DNA from: a bacterium
GTDB taxonomy: Bacteria > JACRDZ01 > JAQUKH01
DNA length: 64,000 nt
Reading direction: 5' to 3'
NCBI GenBank assembly: GCA_028719205.1
Contig: JAQUKH010000007.1
Coordinates: forward strand, 6,254 to 70,253
Shown here one piece after another: positions 46,755-55,869 of this stretch. How positions within the stretch are numbered: the first letter of the stretch is position 1; each line of letters opens with the position of its first letter. A model generated the notes under the pieces. The model had not been told where the DNA came from and ran no database searches. It worked only from the letters and a program-made list of their open reading frames with translations. A program made the translations under genes and the position numbers.

Positions 46755-48272
46755 TTAGCCTTTCAGTTTATATCCATTTCTAAAGACTTTTAAACAAGCG
46801 GCAACTACTTCAGGATCATAGAACCTGCCTATATTGCTTTTGATCTCCTTCAGGGCATATTTAAGGTTGTGAGCGGGCCTGTAAGGCCTGTGATATGCCA
46901 TTGCCGAAATAACATCAGCTACTTTTATGATCTTCGCCCCAATCAATATTTTTTTATCTTTTAATCCATTAGGATACCCGGACCCGTCCATTTTTTCATG
47001 ATGCTGAAGTATGATATCCGCGAGAGGCCATGGGAAATCAATTGACCTGAGCATTTCATATCCTATTCTGGAATGTGTCTTGATCAGGTCGTACTCGATA
47101 TCATTAAGGTGCCCGGGCTTACTCAATATTTCCGATGGTATGAATAATTTCCCAAGGTCATGAATAATCCCCGCGAAACGTATACCTTCGACCTGATCTT
47201 TTGGAAGCCCCATTGTCTGGGCGATCGCGCGCGCAAGATCTGAAACGGAGTGTTGATGCCCGGCAGTATAAGGGTCTCTTACCTCTACAGTGGAAACTAT
47301 AAGTTTAACAATACCCTTTAAGGTTTTCCTGAGATTATCCACGTTCTCTTTAAGTTCATTTTCAATATTTTTTCTGACAATTATCCCGGCTAATATGTCC
47401 GCGACGGTTTTAAAAAATAATTTTTCATATTTATTCCCTTTGTGCCCGGCGGCCACATACAGGTTTAAAACACCCAGGACTTTTTCTCTGAATATTATCG
47501 GTATACAATAATGCCCGTGCGGTTTAATGCCCTTATATAAGTTTTCATGATCAGAATCCACCTTACTCTTAAAAATCATCTTTTTGCGGGCACCCGCTTT
47601 ACCGCAAAGACACCTGTTGAACGGCACATTTTTACACATTATCAGGAGGCTTTTCGGAAGCCTGGAATATACTGATAAATTGAAGATATCCTTATTCTCA
47701 TCTTTCAGGAATACTCCCCACTTATTTATCAGCCCCAGCCAGCGTAAAGAAAGTATCTTCTTCAGTATAAGTTTAAGTTCATCCTCAAGCGTACCGCGCA
47801 TTGATGATATTTCAAGCATTGTGCTTAAGACAGATTGGATCTGTTGATTATGTTTGTTTTCGTCTTCAGCCTGTTTTTTTTCAGTGATATCATAAACCAT
47901 ATGGACAAAGATCTTTTTCCCGCCGGAAGTCCTGTATCTTGTTTTGTAAACCGCCGATCTGAGCCATTTTTCATGCTTCTTATCATACATTTCTTTTTCA
48001 ACATTCCGGCCTTTTCTTAACACATCCTCCAGAGGGCACCCGGGAAAAGGCCTGTTATAATTATGCACCACCTTCGGGCAGTATTTACCTGTTATCTGTT
48101 CCTGCTTGATGCCAAATTTTCTTTCGAAGGCGCTATTTACCAACAGGATACGGTGGTCTTCATCTATCAGCATTATATAAAAAGGGAATATATTAATAAA
48201 ACTCAAGGTACTGATGTCCGGAATTAGTGCCCGCGCATCATTCTTTGAAATAAGTGATTTTATCTTTTTCAT
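46755..48272 (-). CDS. PAS/GAF-sensor HD-GYP domain protein (putative c-di-GMP phosphodiesterase)
   Basis: N-terminal PAS-like region, a central GAF-like region and a C-terminal HD-GYP domain (HQHSVSDLA, IHDLGK, HHEKMDGSGYP). Confidence 0.8.
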   Translation of the reverse strand: MKKIKSLISKNDARALIPDISTLSFINIFPFYIMLIDEDHRILLVNSAFERKFGIKQEQITGKYCPKVVHNYNRPFPGCPLEDVLRKGRNVEKEMYDKKHEKWLRSAVYKTRYRTSGGKKIFVHMVYDITEKKQAEDENKHNQQIQSVLSTMLEISSMRGTLEDELKLILKKILSLRWLGLINKWGVFLKDENKDIFNLSVYSRLPKSLLIMCKNVPFNRCLCGKAGARKKMIFKSKVDSDHENLYKGIKPHGHYCIPIIFREKVLGVLNLYVAAGHKGNKYEKLFFKTVADILAGIIVRKNIENELKENVDNLRKTLKGIVKLIVSTVEVRDPYTAGHQHSVSDLARAIAQTMGLPKDQVEGIRFAGIIHDLGKLFIPSEILSKPGHLNDIEYDLIKTHSRIGYEMLRSIDFPWPLADIILQHHEKMDGSGYPNGLKDKKILIGAKIIKVADVISAMAYHRPYRPAHNLKYALKEIKSNIGRFYDPEVVAACLKVFRNGYKLKG

Positions 48273-49405
48273 AATAATTCCTTATACAACATTATATTTT
48301 CTTCAAGCATTTTGCTTTTATCATATTTCCGAACGGATTGTTTTGCTTTTTCTCCCATCGATCCGGCCTTGTTGTGATCATTAAGTAAATAGACCACTTT
48401 TTCCGCCATTTGCTTTATGTTTTTTGGTTCGCATAAAAAACCATTTTCCCCGTCAATAACAATGTCTTTATTTCCGTCAATTTTATTTATGACCACAGGT
48501 TTTCCGGCAGCCATAGCCTCAAGGACAGTCAAAGGCAATCCTTCCCATAAAGAAGTTAACACGAAAACGTCCATAATAGAAAGCAGTTCAGGCAGATCTC
48601 TTCTCCAGCCTAAAAGACGGACATTTTTTTCTAGCTTATATCTTTTAACCAGGAACTCAACTTCATCTCTCAATATGCCGTCCCCGGCCAGAATAAACTG
48701 GGATTTTTGGTGATTTTCCAGGATCATATTTGCCATTTTAATAAAATCCCCCGGGGCTTTCTGGGGCTTTAAACAGGCAACCATCCCGACAATGGGAATA
48801 TTTGGATCAAGCCCAAGTTCTTTGATCTTAATACTTCTATCAATATTTATATTTTGCAATAAATTAACATCAACCCCATTATAAATTACTTTATATTGTT
48901 CTTTTACCCCGATGTTCTCCTTTAATCCCTTTTCCATAACATCGTAGGAAACCGCGATCAATCTGTCTGTGAAATTTGCCGTTAATTTTTCTAATATAAT
49001 AAAAAGCTTTCTGGTTAAATAGCCCTGATAATCATTAAAGGCAAATCCGTGGATAGTATGAACAATAACAGGAACTTTATTGGATCTTGCGGCAAACCTG
49101 CCGAGAATTCCGGCTTTTGAGCTATGGGTATGGACAATATCAGGCTTTTCTTCTTTAATAATATTCTTAATTTTATTAAAACATTTAAGATCTTTTAACG
49201 GAGTGATCTTTCTGTCCAGCTCCGGCAGGAAATAGATCTTAAGCTTTTCGATCTTTTTCGCGTCGGGGACCAGAACTCCTTCGTCATTAGTTATCAGAAC
49301 AACCTCGTTCTTTTCTGAAATTAATTTACGGCAGAGGTCCAGCACGATCGCCTGAGCCCCGCCTAATTCCAATTTAGTGATTATCTGAATTATTTTATTC
49401 GGCAT
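48269..49405 (-). CDS. Glycosyltransferase family 4 (GT-B fold)
   Basis: 378 aa with an N-terminal GGAQ region and an EX7E-type motif, LWEGLPLTVLEAMAAGKPVV. Confidence 0.85.
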   Translation of the reverse strand: MPNKIIQIITKLELGGAQAIVLDLCRKLISEKNEVVLITNDEGVLVPDAKKIEKLKIYFLPELDRKITPLKDLKCFNKIKNIIKEEKPDIVHTHSSKAGILGRFAARSNKVPVIVHTIHGFAFNDYQGYLTRKLFIILEKLTANFTDRLIAVSYDVMEKGLKENIGVKEQYKVIYNGVDVNLLQNINIDRSIKIKELGLDPNIPIVGMVACLKPQKAPGDFIKMANMILENHQKSQFILAGDGILRDEVEFLVKRYKLEKNVRLLGWRRDLPELLSIMDVFVLTSLWEGLPLTVLEAMAAGKPVVINKIDGNKDIVIDGENGFLCEPKNIKQMAEKVVYLLNDHNKAGSMGEKAKQSVRKYDKSKMLEENIMLYKELL

Positions 49406-50684
49406 TTAATTTTTCCGCTATATCCGTTCCCGCTATAAGGGCATCGTTCATTGAGGAATAATCAAAACTTCCATATCTTCCGCGGGAATAGATCCCCTGT
49501 TTTTCGAGATATTCAAGAATATCTCTCAAGTAGTTTTTTCTCGCGGAATTATATATTACATACGCGTATTTAATATCTAATGTTTTTATAGTGTTAATAT
49601 CGTTTTTATCAGATATTACTTTAAGTTCGATAAGCCGCTTTATAGTATCTTCCAAAACATGTTTTTTATTGATCTTTTTGCCGGAAGAATATGATATTTC
49701 AATATAGATCGAACTCTTGCCCGCGGGAGCAGCATTACCTGAAAAATTCGAGATAACTCCATAACGGTAAAACGGATATTTTTTCTCCGGGAAATATATC
49801 CAATGGATGTTCGGATCCAGCTGTATGTTCAAACCAAGGTTAATATTAAATACGGAACAACATGATAATCCCTTGCTTTTAGTTTTTATTTCAGCAGGAA
49901 TATCCTTTATTATTTTTATAAGTTCAGGAAGCGGCATCGTTGAAACTATATTTGAATATGAAATTTCTTTTTTTGACCTGAACCTTACCGTCTTCTTCTT
50001 TAAAGATATTTCAACCGCCTCTTCATTCAAATGAAGATTTTTCACCCTGTTCTTCAGGGCCCTGGGTAATGAAAATATACCGCCTTTTTCGGGATACCAG
50101 AATTCCGCGTTATAACCATATTTGTCTTTCTTCTTACCCAGCACACCTTCAACCACATCATCAAGTTCAGGCTGCGGAATGAATTTCTCCACCCAATCTA
50201 ACGTTATCCTTGATAGAGGAACCCGCCACATCTTTTCATTATACGGCCTTAAAAAATATTTTGTTAACCCTTTTCCGAATCTGCTGTTTAACCAGCTTGA
50301 AAAATTATTAGCATCTTTATTTTTATTATAACCCCGTGCGAAGATAAAATCGCCCAGGCATTCTTTGGCTATCGAAGCAGGCAATAAACCGAAATTAGCC
50401 TGAAAAGGGAAAGGTATAAGCTGATCTTTCAAATATACCCATGACTTTCTTGAGTGACATTTTATATTATTACCCAGTAAGTCAAAAACCAATTTTTTTA
50501 TTCCAGGATCTTTTAAAAAAAGAAGATGCCCCGTATAGTCAAAGCTGAAACCGTTAACTATGTGCGACCTGCACAGCCCCCCTGCCTCATCCTCTTTTTC
50601 AAAAATTTGATAATCTCTTTTTAAATGATACGCGGTACTTAACCCTGTAAGCCCCGCGCCTAAAATTACAACCGGTTCTTTCAC
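49395..50684 (-). CDS. FAD/NAD(P)-binding oxidoreductase (amine-oxidase / UDP-galactopyranose-mutase-like)
   Basis: Rossmann motif VVILGAGLTGLSTAY. I prefer the GTG at 50684, which follows GAGGGA and overlaps the upstream stop as GTGA. The track ATG is at 50723. Confidence 0.6.
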   Translation of the reverse strand: MKEPVVILGAGLTGLSTAYHLKRDYQIFEKEDEAGGLCRSHIVNGFSFDYTGHLLFLKDPGIKKLVFDLLGNNIKCHSRKSWVYLKDQLIPFPFQANFGLLPASIAKECLGDFIFARGYNKNKDANNFSSWLNSRFGKGLTKYFLRPYNEKMWRVPLSRITLDWVEKFIPQPELDDVVEGVLGKKKDKYGYNAEFWYPEKGGIFSLPRALKNRVKNLHLNEEAVEISLKKKTVRFRSKKEISYSNIVSTMPLPELIKIIKDIPAEIKTKSKGLSCCSVFNINLGLNIQLDPNIHWIYFPEKKYPFYRYGVISNFSGNAAPAGKSSIYIEISYSSGKKINKKHVLEDTIKRLIELKVISDKNDINTIKTLDIKYAYVIYNSARKNYLRDILEYLEKQGIYSRGRYGSFDYSSMNDALIAGTDIAEKLNAE

Positions 50685-51703
50685 TTTAAATCCCTCGCCA
50701 TTTTGATCTTTCCCAGCCTCCACCCGAAAATCGCCGCCATAATAATGATCAAACAGTATGTAAATACAGCCCCGTAAAAATTGACCTGCGTTGCAATATA
50801 AGAAGCCTGTCCCAATATGACCGATAAAAGATATATAATAATGACCACAAACTGGGTATCAATGCCCAATGCCGCCAATCTCAAGGCAAAATGGTCCGGG
50901 CTGCCCATAAACGGATTTTTTTTCTGTTTTAATCTGATGATCGAAACCAGGAGCGTATCATAAATAGGAATTCCCAGGATCAGGACCGGGCTTAAAAGCG
51001 CGATATTATTTACCGCGGTATAACTTTCACCAATGGCTATCGCGGCAAGCACAAAACCCAAAAATTGGCTTCCCGCGTCTCCCATATAGATCGACGCGGG
51101 CTTGAAATTATAAGGTATAAATCCGATGACAGCGCCTGAAAGCGCGGCGGAAAAAAGTATTATGAATACCTGGTTTGAAGGAAGAGCGACAAATAAAAAT
51201 GTTATACCCGCGATAAATGCAACTCCTGCGGATAATCCGTCCATAATGTCAATAAGATTAAAAGCATTGGTTATCCCGACAATCCATAAAAGCGTAAGTA
51301 AAATATTCACTGATTTAGGCAGAAAATAGATCTTGAGCCTCAGGTCAAAATAAATAAGGACGCCCGCGGCAATAAACTGGAAGATAAATTTTGATAAAGG
51401 TTTGAATTTGTAAATATCATCCAAAAATCCCACCAGGCATATTATTGTGCCGCCAATGATTATGCTTATAATATCAGGATTAAACTCCAGCGGCGATAAT
51501 ATTATGACCAGTACTATAACTATAATGAATGAAAAATAAATAGCCAGCCCGCCCAGGTATGGCACAGGCTTATTCTGATTTTTCAGATTAGTTGACGGCT
51601 TGTCCAGGATTTCCAGCCGCAGGGCCAAATACCTGAAAAATGGCGTAAGCCCTAAAGACAATATAAATGAACCTGTAAATATACAAAAATAGATTAAATA
51701 CAT
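50681..51703 (-). CDS. Polyprenyl-phosphate N-acetylhexosamine-1-phosphate transferase (MraY/WecA family)
   Basis: 340 aa with about 10 TM segments and the motifs NAFNLIDIMDGL and MGDAGSQFLG. Confidence 0.85.
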   Translation of the reverse strand: MYLIYFCIFTGSFILSLGLTPFFRYLALRLEILDKPSTNLKNQNKPVPYLGGLAIYFSFIIVIVLVIILSPLEFNPDIISIIIGGTIICLVGFLDDIYKFKPLSKFIFQFIAAGVLIYFDLRLKIYFLPKSVNILLTLLWIVGITNAFNLIDIMDGLSAGVAFIAGITFLFVALPSNQVFIILFSAALSGAVIGFIPYNFKPASIYMGDAGSQFLGFVLAAIAIGESYTAVNNIALLSPVLILGIPIYDTLLVSIIRLKQKKNPFMGSPDHFALRLAALGIDTQFVVIIIYLLSVILGQASYIATQVNFYGAVFTYCLIIIMAAIFGWRLGKIKMARDLK

Positions 51704-51707
51704 GATT

Positions 51708-52682
51708 TTAAATAATATATTTCCTTATAATTTTGTCCGGTGTTGACCTTCCCGCCTGAATTACAGCCCGTTTTTTCCACGCGCTCTTAAATAAAGTAAT
51801 TTCATTAAATACCCCAGCAGGATCCCGAATAAATAAAATCACAAAAAACAGGTCTATTATACTTCTGGTTAAAAAAAATGGGAAATATAATATTAAATGT
51901 ACCATTGAAATATTTTTAATTATCATCAGATACCTGTTAAAAATAATTTTCAGCTGTATATTTTTAGGACGTCCCAATATCTGGAACCGCTGATTCTTAT
52001 TTTGCGTGCCTCCGCGATAATGATATACTACCGCGCCCGGATCAAAAAAAGCTTTCCACCCCTTAAGCTGCGCGCGCCAGCCTAAGTCCAGATCTTCATA
52101 GAACGCAAAAAAATTCTCATCAAAATATTCATCTTTTATCCTGATATCCTCAAGCATCTCCCTTCTATAACACGCTGCCGCACCGCAAACCGAAAAAGAC
52201 CTGTTTTTTTTGTCATACTGGCCCTGGTCTTTCTTATTGTATCCTCTTTCAACAGGTTTACACCACTTATTCATAAATTGACCGGTAGAATCAATTGTCA
52301 TGCCGTCCATCCGGAAGATCTTGCCTGAAACCATTCCCGCGGGTTTATTCAGATAAAAAGTTCCGGCGATATTTTTAACAAAATCTTTATCAAGTGTAAC
52401 ATCCTGATTTAATAAAATAATAATTCCGCCGCTGCTCTTTTTTATCCCTTGATTAGCCGCCGCGCAAAAACCCTTATTCACATTATTTTGTATGAGAATG
52501 ACTTCCCGAGGAAGATTAACCAAAGAATTATCCTGAGACGCGTTATCCACCAATATTATTTCAATTTTCCCATAACTCTGAGCTTTAACAGATCCAATAC
52601 ATGCGGGAAGAAATCTTTCGCCATTCCAATTGATTATAATAATTGAAATTAATTTTTCAAGATCAGTTTTCTTTTCTTCCAT
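51708..52682 (-). CDS. Glycosyltransferase family 2
   Basis: ISIIIINWNG, VDNASQD, LLNQDV and the FAFYEDLDLGWR acceptor motif. Confidence 0.85.
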   Translation of the reverse strand: MEEKKTDLEKLISIIIINWNGERFLPACIGSVKAQSYGKIEIILVDNASQDNSLVNLPREVILIQNNVNKGFCAAANQGIKKSSGGIIILLNQDVTLDKDFVKNIAGTFYLNKPAGMVSGKIFRMDGMTIDSTGQFMNKWCKPVERGYNKKDQGQYDKKNRSFSVCGAAACYRREMLEDIRIKDEYFDENFFAFYEDLDLGWRAQLKGWKAFFDPGAVVYHYRGGTQNKNQRFQILGRPKNIQLKIIFNRYLMIIKNISMVHLILYFPFFLTRSIIDLFFVILFIRDPAGVFNEITLFKSAWKKRAVIQAGRSTPDKIIRKYII

Positions 52683-53614
52683 GCTTTATTAATAAGGTTT
52701 GAATTTTTATATTTACTATTAAAAACATATTTGTTTTTAAATAATAAATAAATAAACCTGAACAGGTCATATAAAATAAAAAGATATAAATATTTTATAA
52801 AATGCGCCGTAGTTTCATTTTTAATCATCATAAGATACCTGTTGCGAAAACTGAGATATTGCATCCATTCAGAATTAACGCTGCTCCCGCCCCTGAAATG
52901 AACCGCTTTGGCTTCCGGACAGTATACCGCTTTCCAGCCGAAAATATTCGCGCGCCACGCGAGATCCACATCTTCAACATAAGCAAAGAAATCCTCATCA
53001 AAATATTCACCTTCAATTTTTATCTCTTCCAGCATCTCCCGCAGGTAAAACCCCGCCGCCGCGCAAGGCCCAATCAATCTCTCGCTCTTTGCTTGTGACT
53101 TGTTACTTACAACTTGTGACTTCTTATCTCCCTGCCCCATGCTCCCTGCCCCATGCTCTATGCCTTTTTCTTCCTCCCCCTGCCCTATATCATAAAATCT
53201 GCGTGAATTGCTTAAATAAAGCCCCTGCGAATCGATTACGCCGGAGGGACTGCCCGCCTGGGCGGGCCTTACCAATTTACCCGAGACCATGCCTGTATCT
53301 TCATTTTCAGTGATTTTCTCTTTGACTTTTTTTAAATAATCCGGGCCTAAAATAACATCAGGATTCAAGGTTAAAACATATTCCCCTCTAGACGCTTTGA
53401 TCCCCTGATTATTCGCCGCGGCAAACCCCATGTTAACTGAATTTTCAATAAATATATCACTCTCAAATAAACTTATGATCTCTTTTGTCGAGTCTTTTGA
53501 ATTATTATCAACTATGATCAATTCCAGATCAGTCTCAGTTTGCTCCTTAACTGATCTTAAGCATGAGAATAAATATTCCGCTGAATTCCAGGTTACAACG
53601 ATTATAGAGATCAT
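52649..53614 (-). CDS. Glycosyltransferase family 2 (paralog carrying a repeat-derived insertion)
   Basis: ISIIVVTWNS, VDNNSKD, TLNPDV and FAYVEDVDLAWR. It has about 25 extra residues (GIEHGAGSMGQGDKKSQVVSNKSQAKSE) compared with the neighbouring paralog. Confidence 0.85.
   Translation of the reverse strand: MISIIVVTWNSAEYLFSCLRSVKEQTETDLELIIVDNNSKDSTKEIISLFESDIFIENSVNMGFAAANNQGIKASRGEYVLTLNPDVILGPDYLKKVKEKITENEDTGMVSGKLVRPAQAGSPSGVIDSQGLYLSNSRRFYDIGQGEEEKGIEHGAGSMGQGDKKSQVVSNKSQAKSERLIGPCAAAGFYLREMLEEIKIEGEYFDEDFFAYVEDVDLAWRANIFGWKAVYCPEAKAVHFRGGSSVNSEWMQYLSFRNRYLMMIKNETTAHFIKYLYLFILYDLFRFIYLLFKNKYVFNSKYKNSNLINKAWKKRKLILKN
53092..53158 (-). repeat. Short tandem or direct repeats inside the GT2 coding sequence
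   Basis: CTTGTGACTT occurs at 53092..53101 and 53113..53122 (21-nt period). CTCCCTGCCCCATG is tandemly duplicated at 53128..53141 and 53142..53155, followed by a partial CTC. Confidence 0.8.
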
Positions 53615-54948
53615 ATAAACGCTCCGGCAAAACCCGGTTTGATATAAGCATTAACAATAAATATATTTAAATATACAAAAATAATTATCAAAATGAAAAT
53701 AATAAGCGTTTTTGCTTTCTCCCCTATTAATAATTGATATTTCTCTTTGATCAGGGAATATATATAATAATATCCCATAGCTGTTAAAATAGCAAATGGA
53801 ACGATAACCGTATGCATATGCCTTCCCTGATAATCATCACCATACATATTGTATCTGATATTTGATATCAAACTTAATAAAATTCCTAAAAACATAATAC
53901 AGGTATAAATTCGTATTTTTGGATATTTATCCGCGATAGGCGGCTTTTTTTTAATAATATAATTCATCGCGGTAAAAAATCCAATTCCATAAAATATAAT
54001 ATAAAACATATAAATGATCTTACCCATAACAATATTCATCCAGCCAAAAAGCCCAAAAAAAGAAAGAAGCATCATAACCGCAAATGGCTTGATAAAATAT
54101 GAGGATAAAAGCCCCCTTTTCAGCACAAATTTTCCGCCTAAGGCATAGTCAGATATCAAATAGTTCCTAAGGTAGTACCAGCCGGATATTATTACAATAA
54201 TAATTAAAATAATTAATACGTTTTTTAAATATTCTATTTTATTTTCTTGTATTATATATAATACAAGGATCGCGAATGGGATTACGAACAATACCGTGAA
54301 TTTTGTAATAGCGGCCAGCCCCAGGAATATTCCTGTCACAATAATATCCTTTTTATCAGGATGATCATCTTTTGCCATTTTTATTAAAAGCCATAAAATA
54401 ACAGAGGAAACAAAATTCGCTAGATTATCGCAATTTAAAACACTGCTGATATAGATAAATTGAGGGATAAAGGCGATCAGCATTGTTGACATTATTGTTA
54501 AAGTATTTTTTTCCTCAAATAATTCGTTTGCTGTCTTCCACCCGAAAACAATTGTCCCCATTCCCAGTAATATAGAAAATAGCCTGACAATATAAAACGG
54601 AAAATGATCCCGCAGGTTTTCATCCTTATGAAAATACCTGTTTTTATTTATCAACCCGAATTTTTCATTATACGTATATTCTATCGCGTGGTCATAAGCC
54701 TGAAACGGCGCGTAAATTATCGCGCTTAAAAAATAATAAAGCGGCGGGTGTATGGCTGTTCTTGGCGCGTCCGGTATTTTTTCATCCAGCAGAGGAAGAC
54801 GGTGATATTTTATTAAATATTTCACGTGCAAAAAATGGTCAGGTTCGTCAGGCGCTTCAAATATAGGTACATTTATTGTATAATTTATCGCCAGGATAAA
54901 ATATAACGCCAGAATTAAAAATAACCACTTATTTTTCTCAATAAACAT
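53611..54948 (-). CDS. Polytopic GT-C glycosyltransferase (GT39/ArnT-like)
   Basis: 445 aa with at least 10 TM segments. The first extracytoplasmic loop has an acidic DE motif (FEAPDEPDHFLH), as in PMT/ArnT enzymes. Confidence 0.65.
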   Translation of the reverse strand: MFIEKNKWLFLILALYFILAINYTINVPIFEAPDEPDHFLHVKYLIKYHRLPLLDEKIPDAPRTAIHPPLYYFLSAIIYAPFQAYDHAIEYTYNEKFGLINKNRYFHKDENLRDHFPFYIVRLFSILLGMGTIVFGWKTANELFEEKNTLTIMSTMLIAFIPQFIYISSVLNCDNLANFVSSVILWLLIKMAKDDHPDKKDIIVTGIFLGLAAITKFTVLFVIPFAILVLYIIQENKIEYLKNVLIILIIIVIISGWYYLRNYLISDYALGGKFVLKRGLLSSYFIKPFAVMMLLSFFGLFGWMNIVMGKIIYMFYIIFYGIGFFTAMNYIIKKKPPIADKYPKIRIYTCIMFLGILLSLISNIRYNMYGDDYQGRHMHTVIVPFAILTAMGYYYIYSLIKEKYQLLIGEKAKTLIIFILIIIFVYLNIFIVNAYIKPGFAGAFI

Positions 54949-55867
54949 TTTTTATAAATCTCCAGCGCGCGAAAATATTGGCCTTCCAAACCTTCCGTTT
55001 ATTTATCGCAAAAGGATACAGCAATATCTGAAGGATATTAACGATCATGAAATTTGAAATAATAATTGACCGCGCTAAAAAGTAATCTTTTTGAGGAAGA
55101 TTTTTTTTAAAATATTTTAACAAACTCGTATAAAATAAAACAATTTTTTCTCCCGTATCAATATTTAAAAAACTTTGTCCCCCATAATGCGTTATCTCGG
55201 CCTCCGGCAGATAATACAATTTCCAGCCGGCTTTTTTCATTCTGTAACACCAATCAACATCTTCATACCATATGAAATATTCCTCGTCAAACCCGCCTAT
55301 TTTTTTATAAACTTCTCTTTTAACTAAAATACAGGCACCAGGGATCTGATCAACCTCATGCAAATTATTAATATCCTGATATTCAAAATAGCGCGATGAA
55401 ATACCCTCAAAATGCCTGAAAATTTTATATAATACGGATTTGAATAATAATATCTGCATCAGCGAAGGGAATTTCCTGTAAAAACCTTTCATTTGGACAG
55501 TGCCGTCAGGGTTTAAAAGTTTTGCCCCGGCCGCGCCCGCGCTTTCATTTTTTTCAAGAAAATCCAGCATCTTTTCCAGTGACCCTTTTTTGATCACTAT
55601 ATCCGGATTTAATATAAGAATATACTCGCCTTCACAAACCGCCATCGCCTGGTTATTTGCTTTGCCAAAACCGGCATTATATTCATTTTTTATTTTTTTT
55701 ACCCGCGGAAAACATTTTTCGAGCATTTCGATACTTCCATCATTTGAATTATTATCAACAACAATAACCTCATAATCGTTCCCTGAATAATTTTGAAATA
55801 TCGATTCAAGGCAATTTTTTAATAATTCTTTTGTATTCCAATTTACTATACTTATTGTTAATCTCAT
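54938..55867 (-). CDS. Glycosyltransferase family 2
   Basis: ISIVNWNT, VDNNSNDGS, ILNPDI and FIWYEDVDWCYR. Confidence 0.85.
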   Translation of the reverse strand: MRLTISIVNWNTKELLKNCLESIFQNYSGNDYEVIVVDNNSNDGSIEMLEKCFPRVKKIKNEYNAGFGKANNQAMAVCEGEYILILNPDIVIKKGSLEKMLDFLEKNESAGAAGAKLLNPDGTVQMKGFYRKFPSLMQILLFKSVLYKIFRHFEGISSRYFEYQDINNLHEVDQIPGACILVKREVYKKIGGFDEEYFIWYEDVDWCYRMKKAGWKLYYLPEAEITHYGGQSFLNIDTGEKIVLFYTSLLKYFKKNLPQKDYFLARSIIISNFMIVNILQILLYPFAINKRKVWKANIFARWRFIKNVY

Positions 55868-55869
55868 TT

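Noticed and set aside
22780-53165. Shared GCATAGAGCA 10-mer between the tRNA-Leu spacer (about 22805..22820) and the GT2 insertion (about 53152..53165) as evidence for a common mobile element
   Set aside because: A 10-nt match between two sites in 64 kb read on both strands is expected by chance, and similarity does not extend beyond it.
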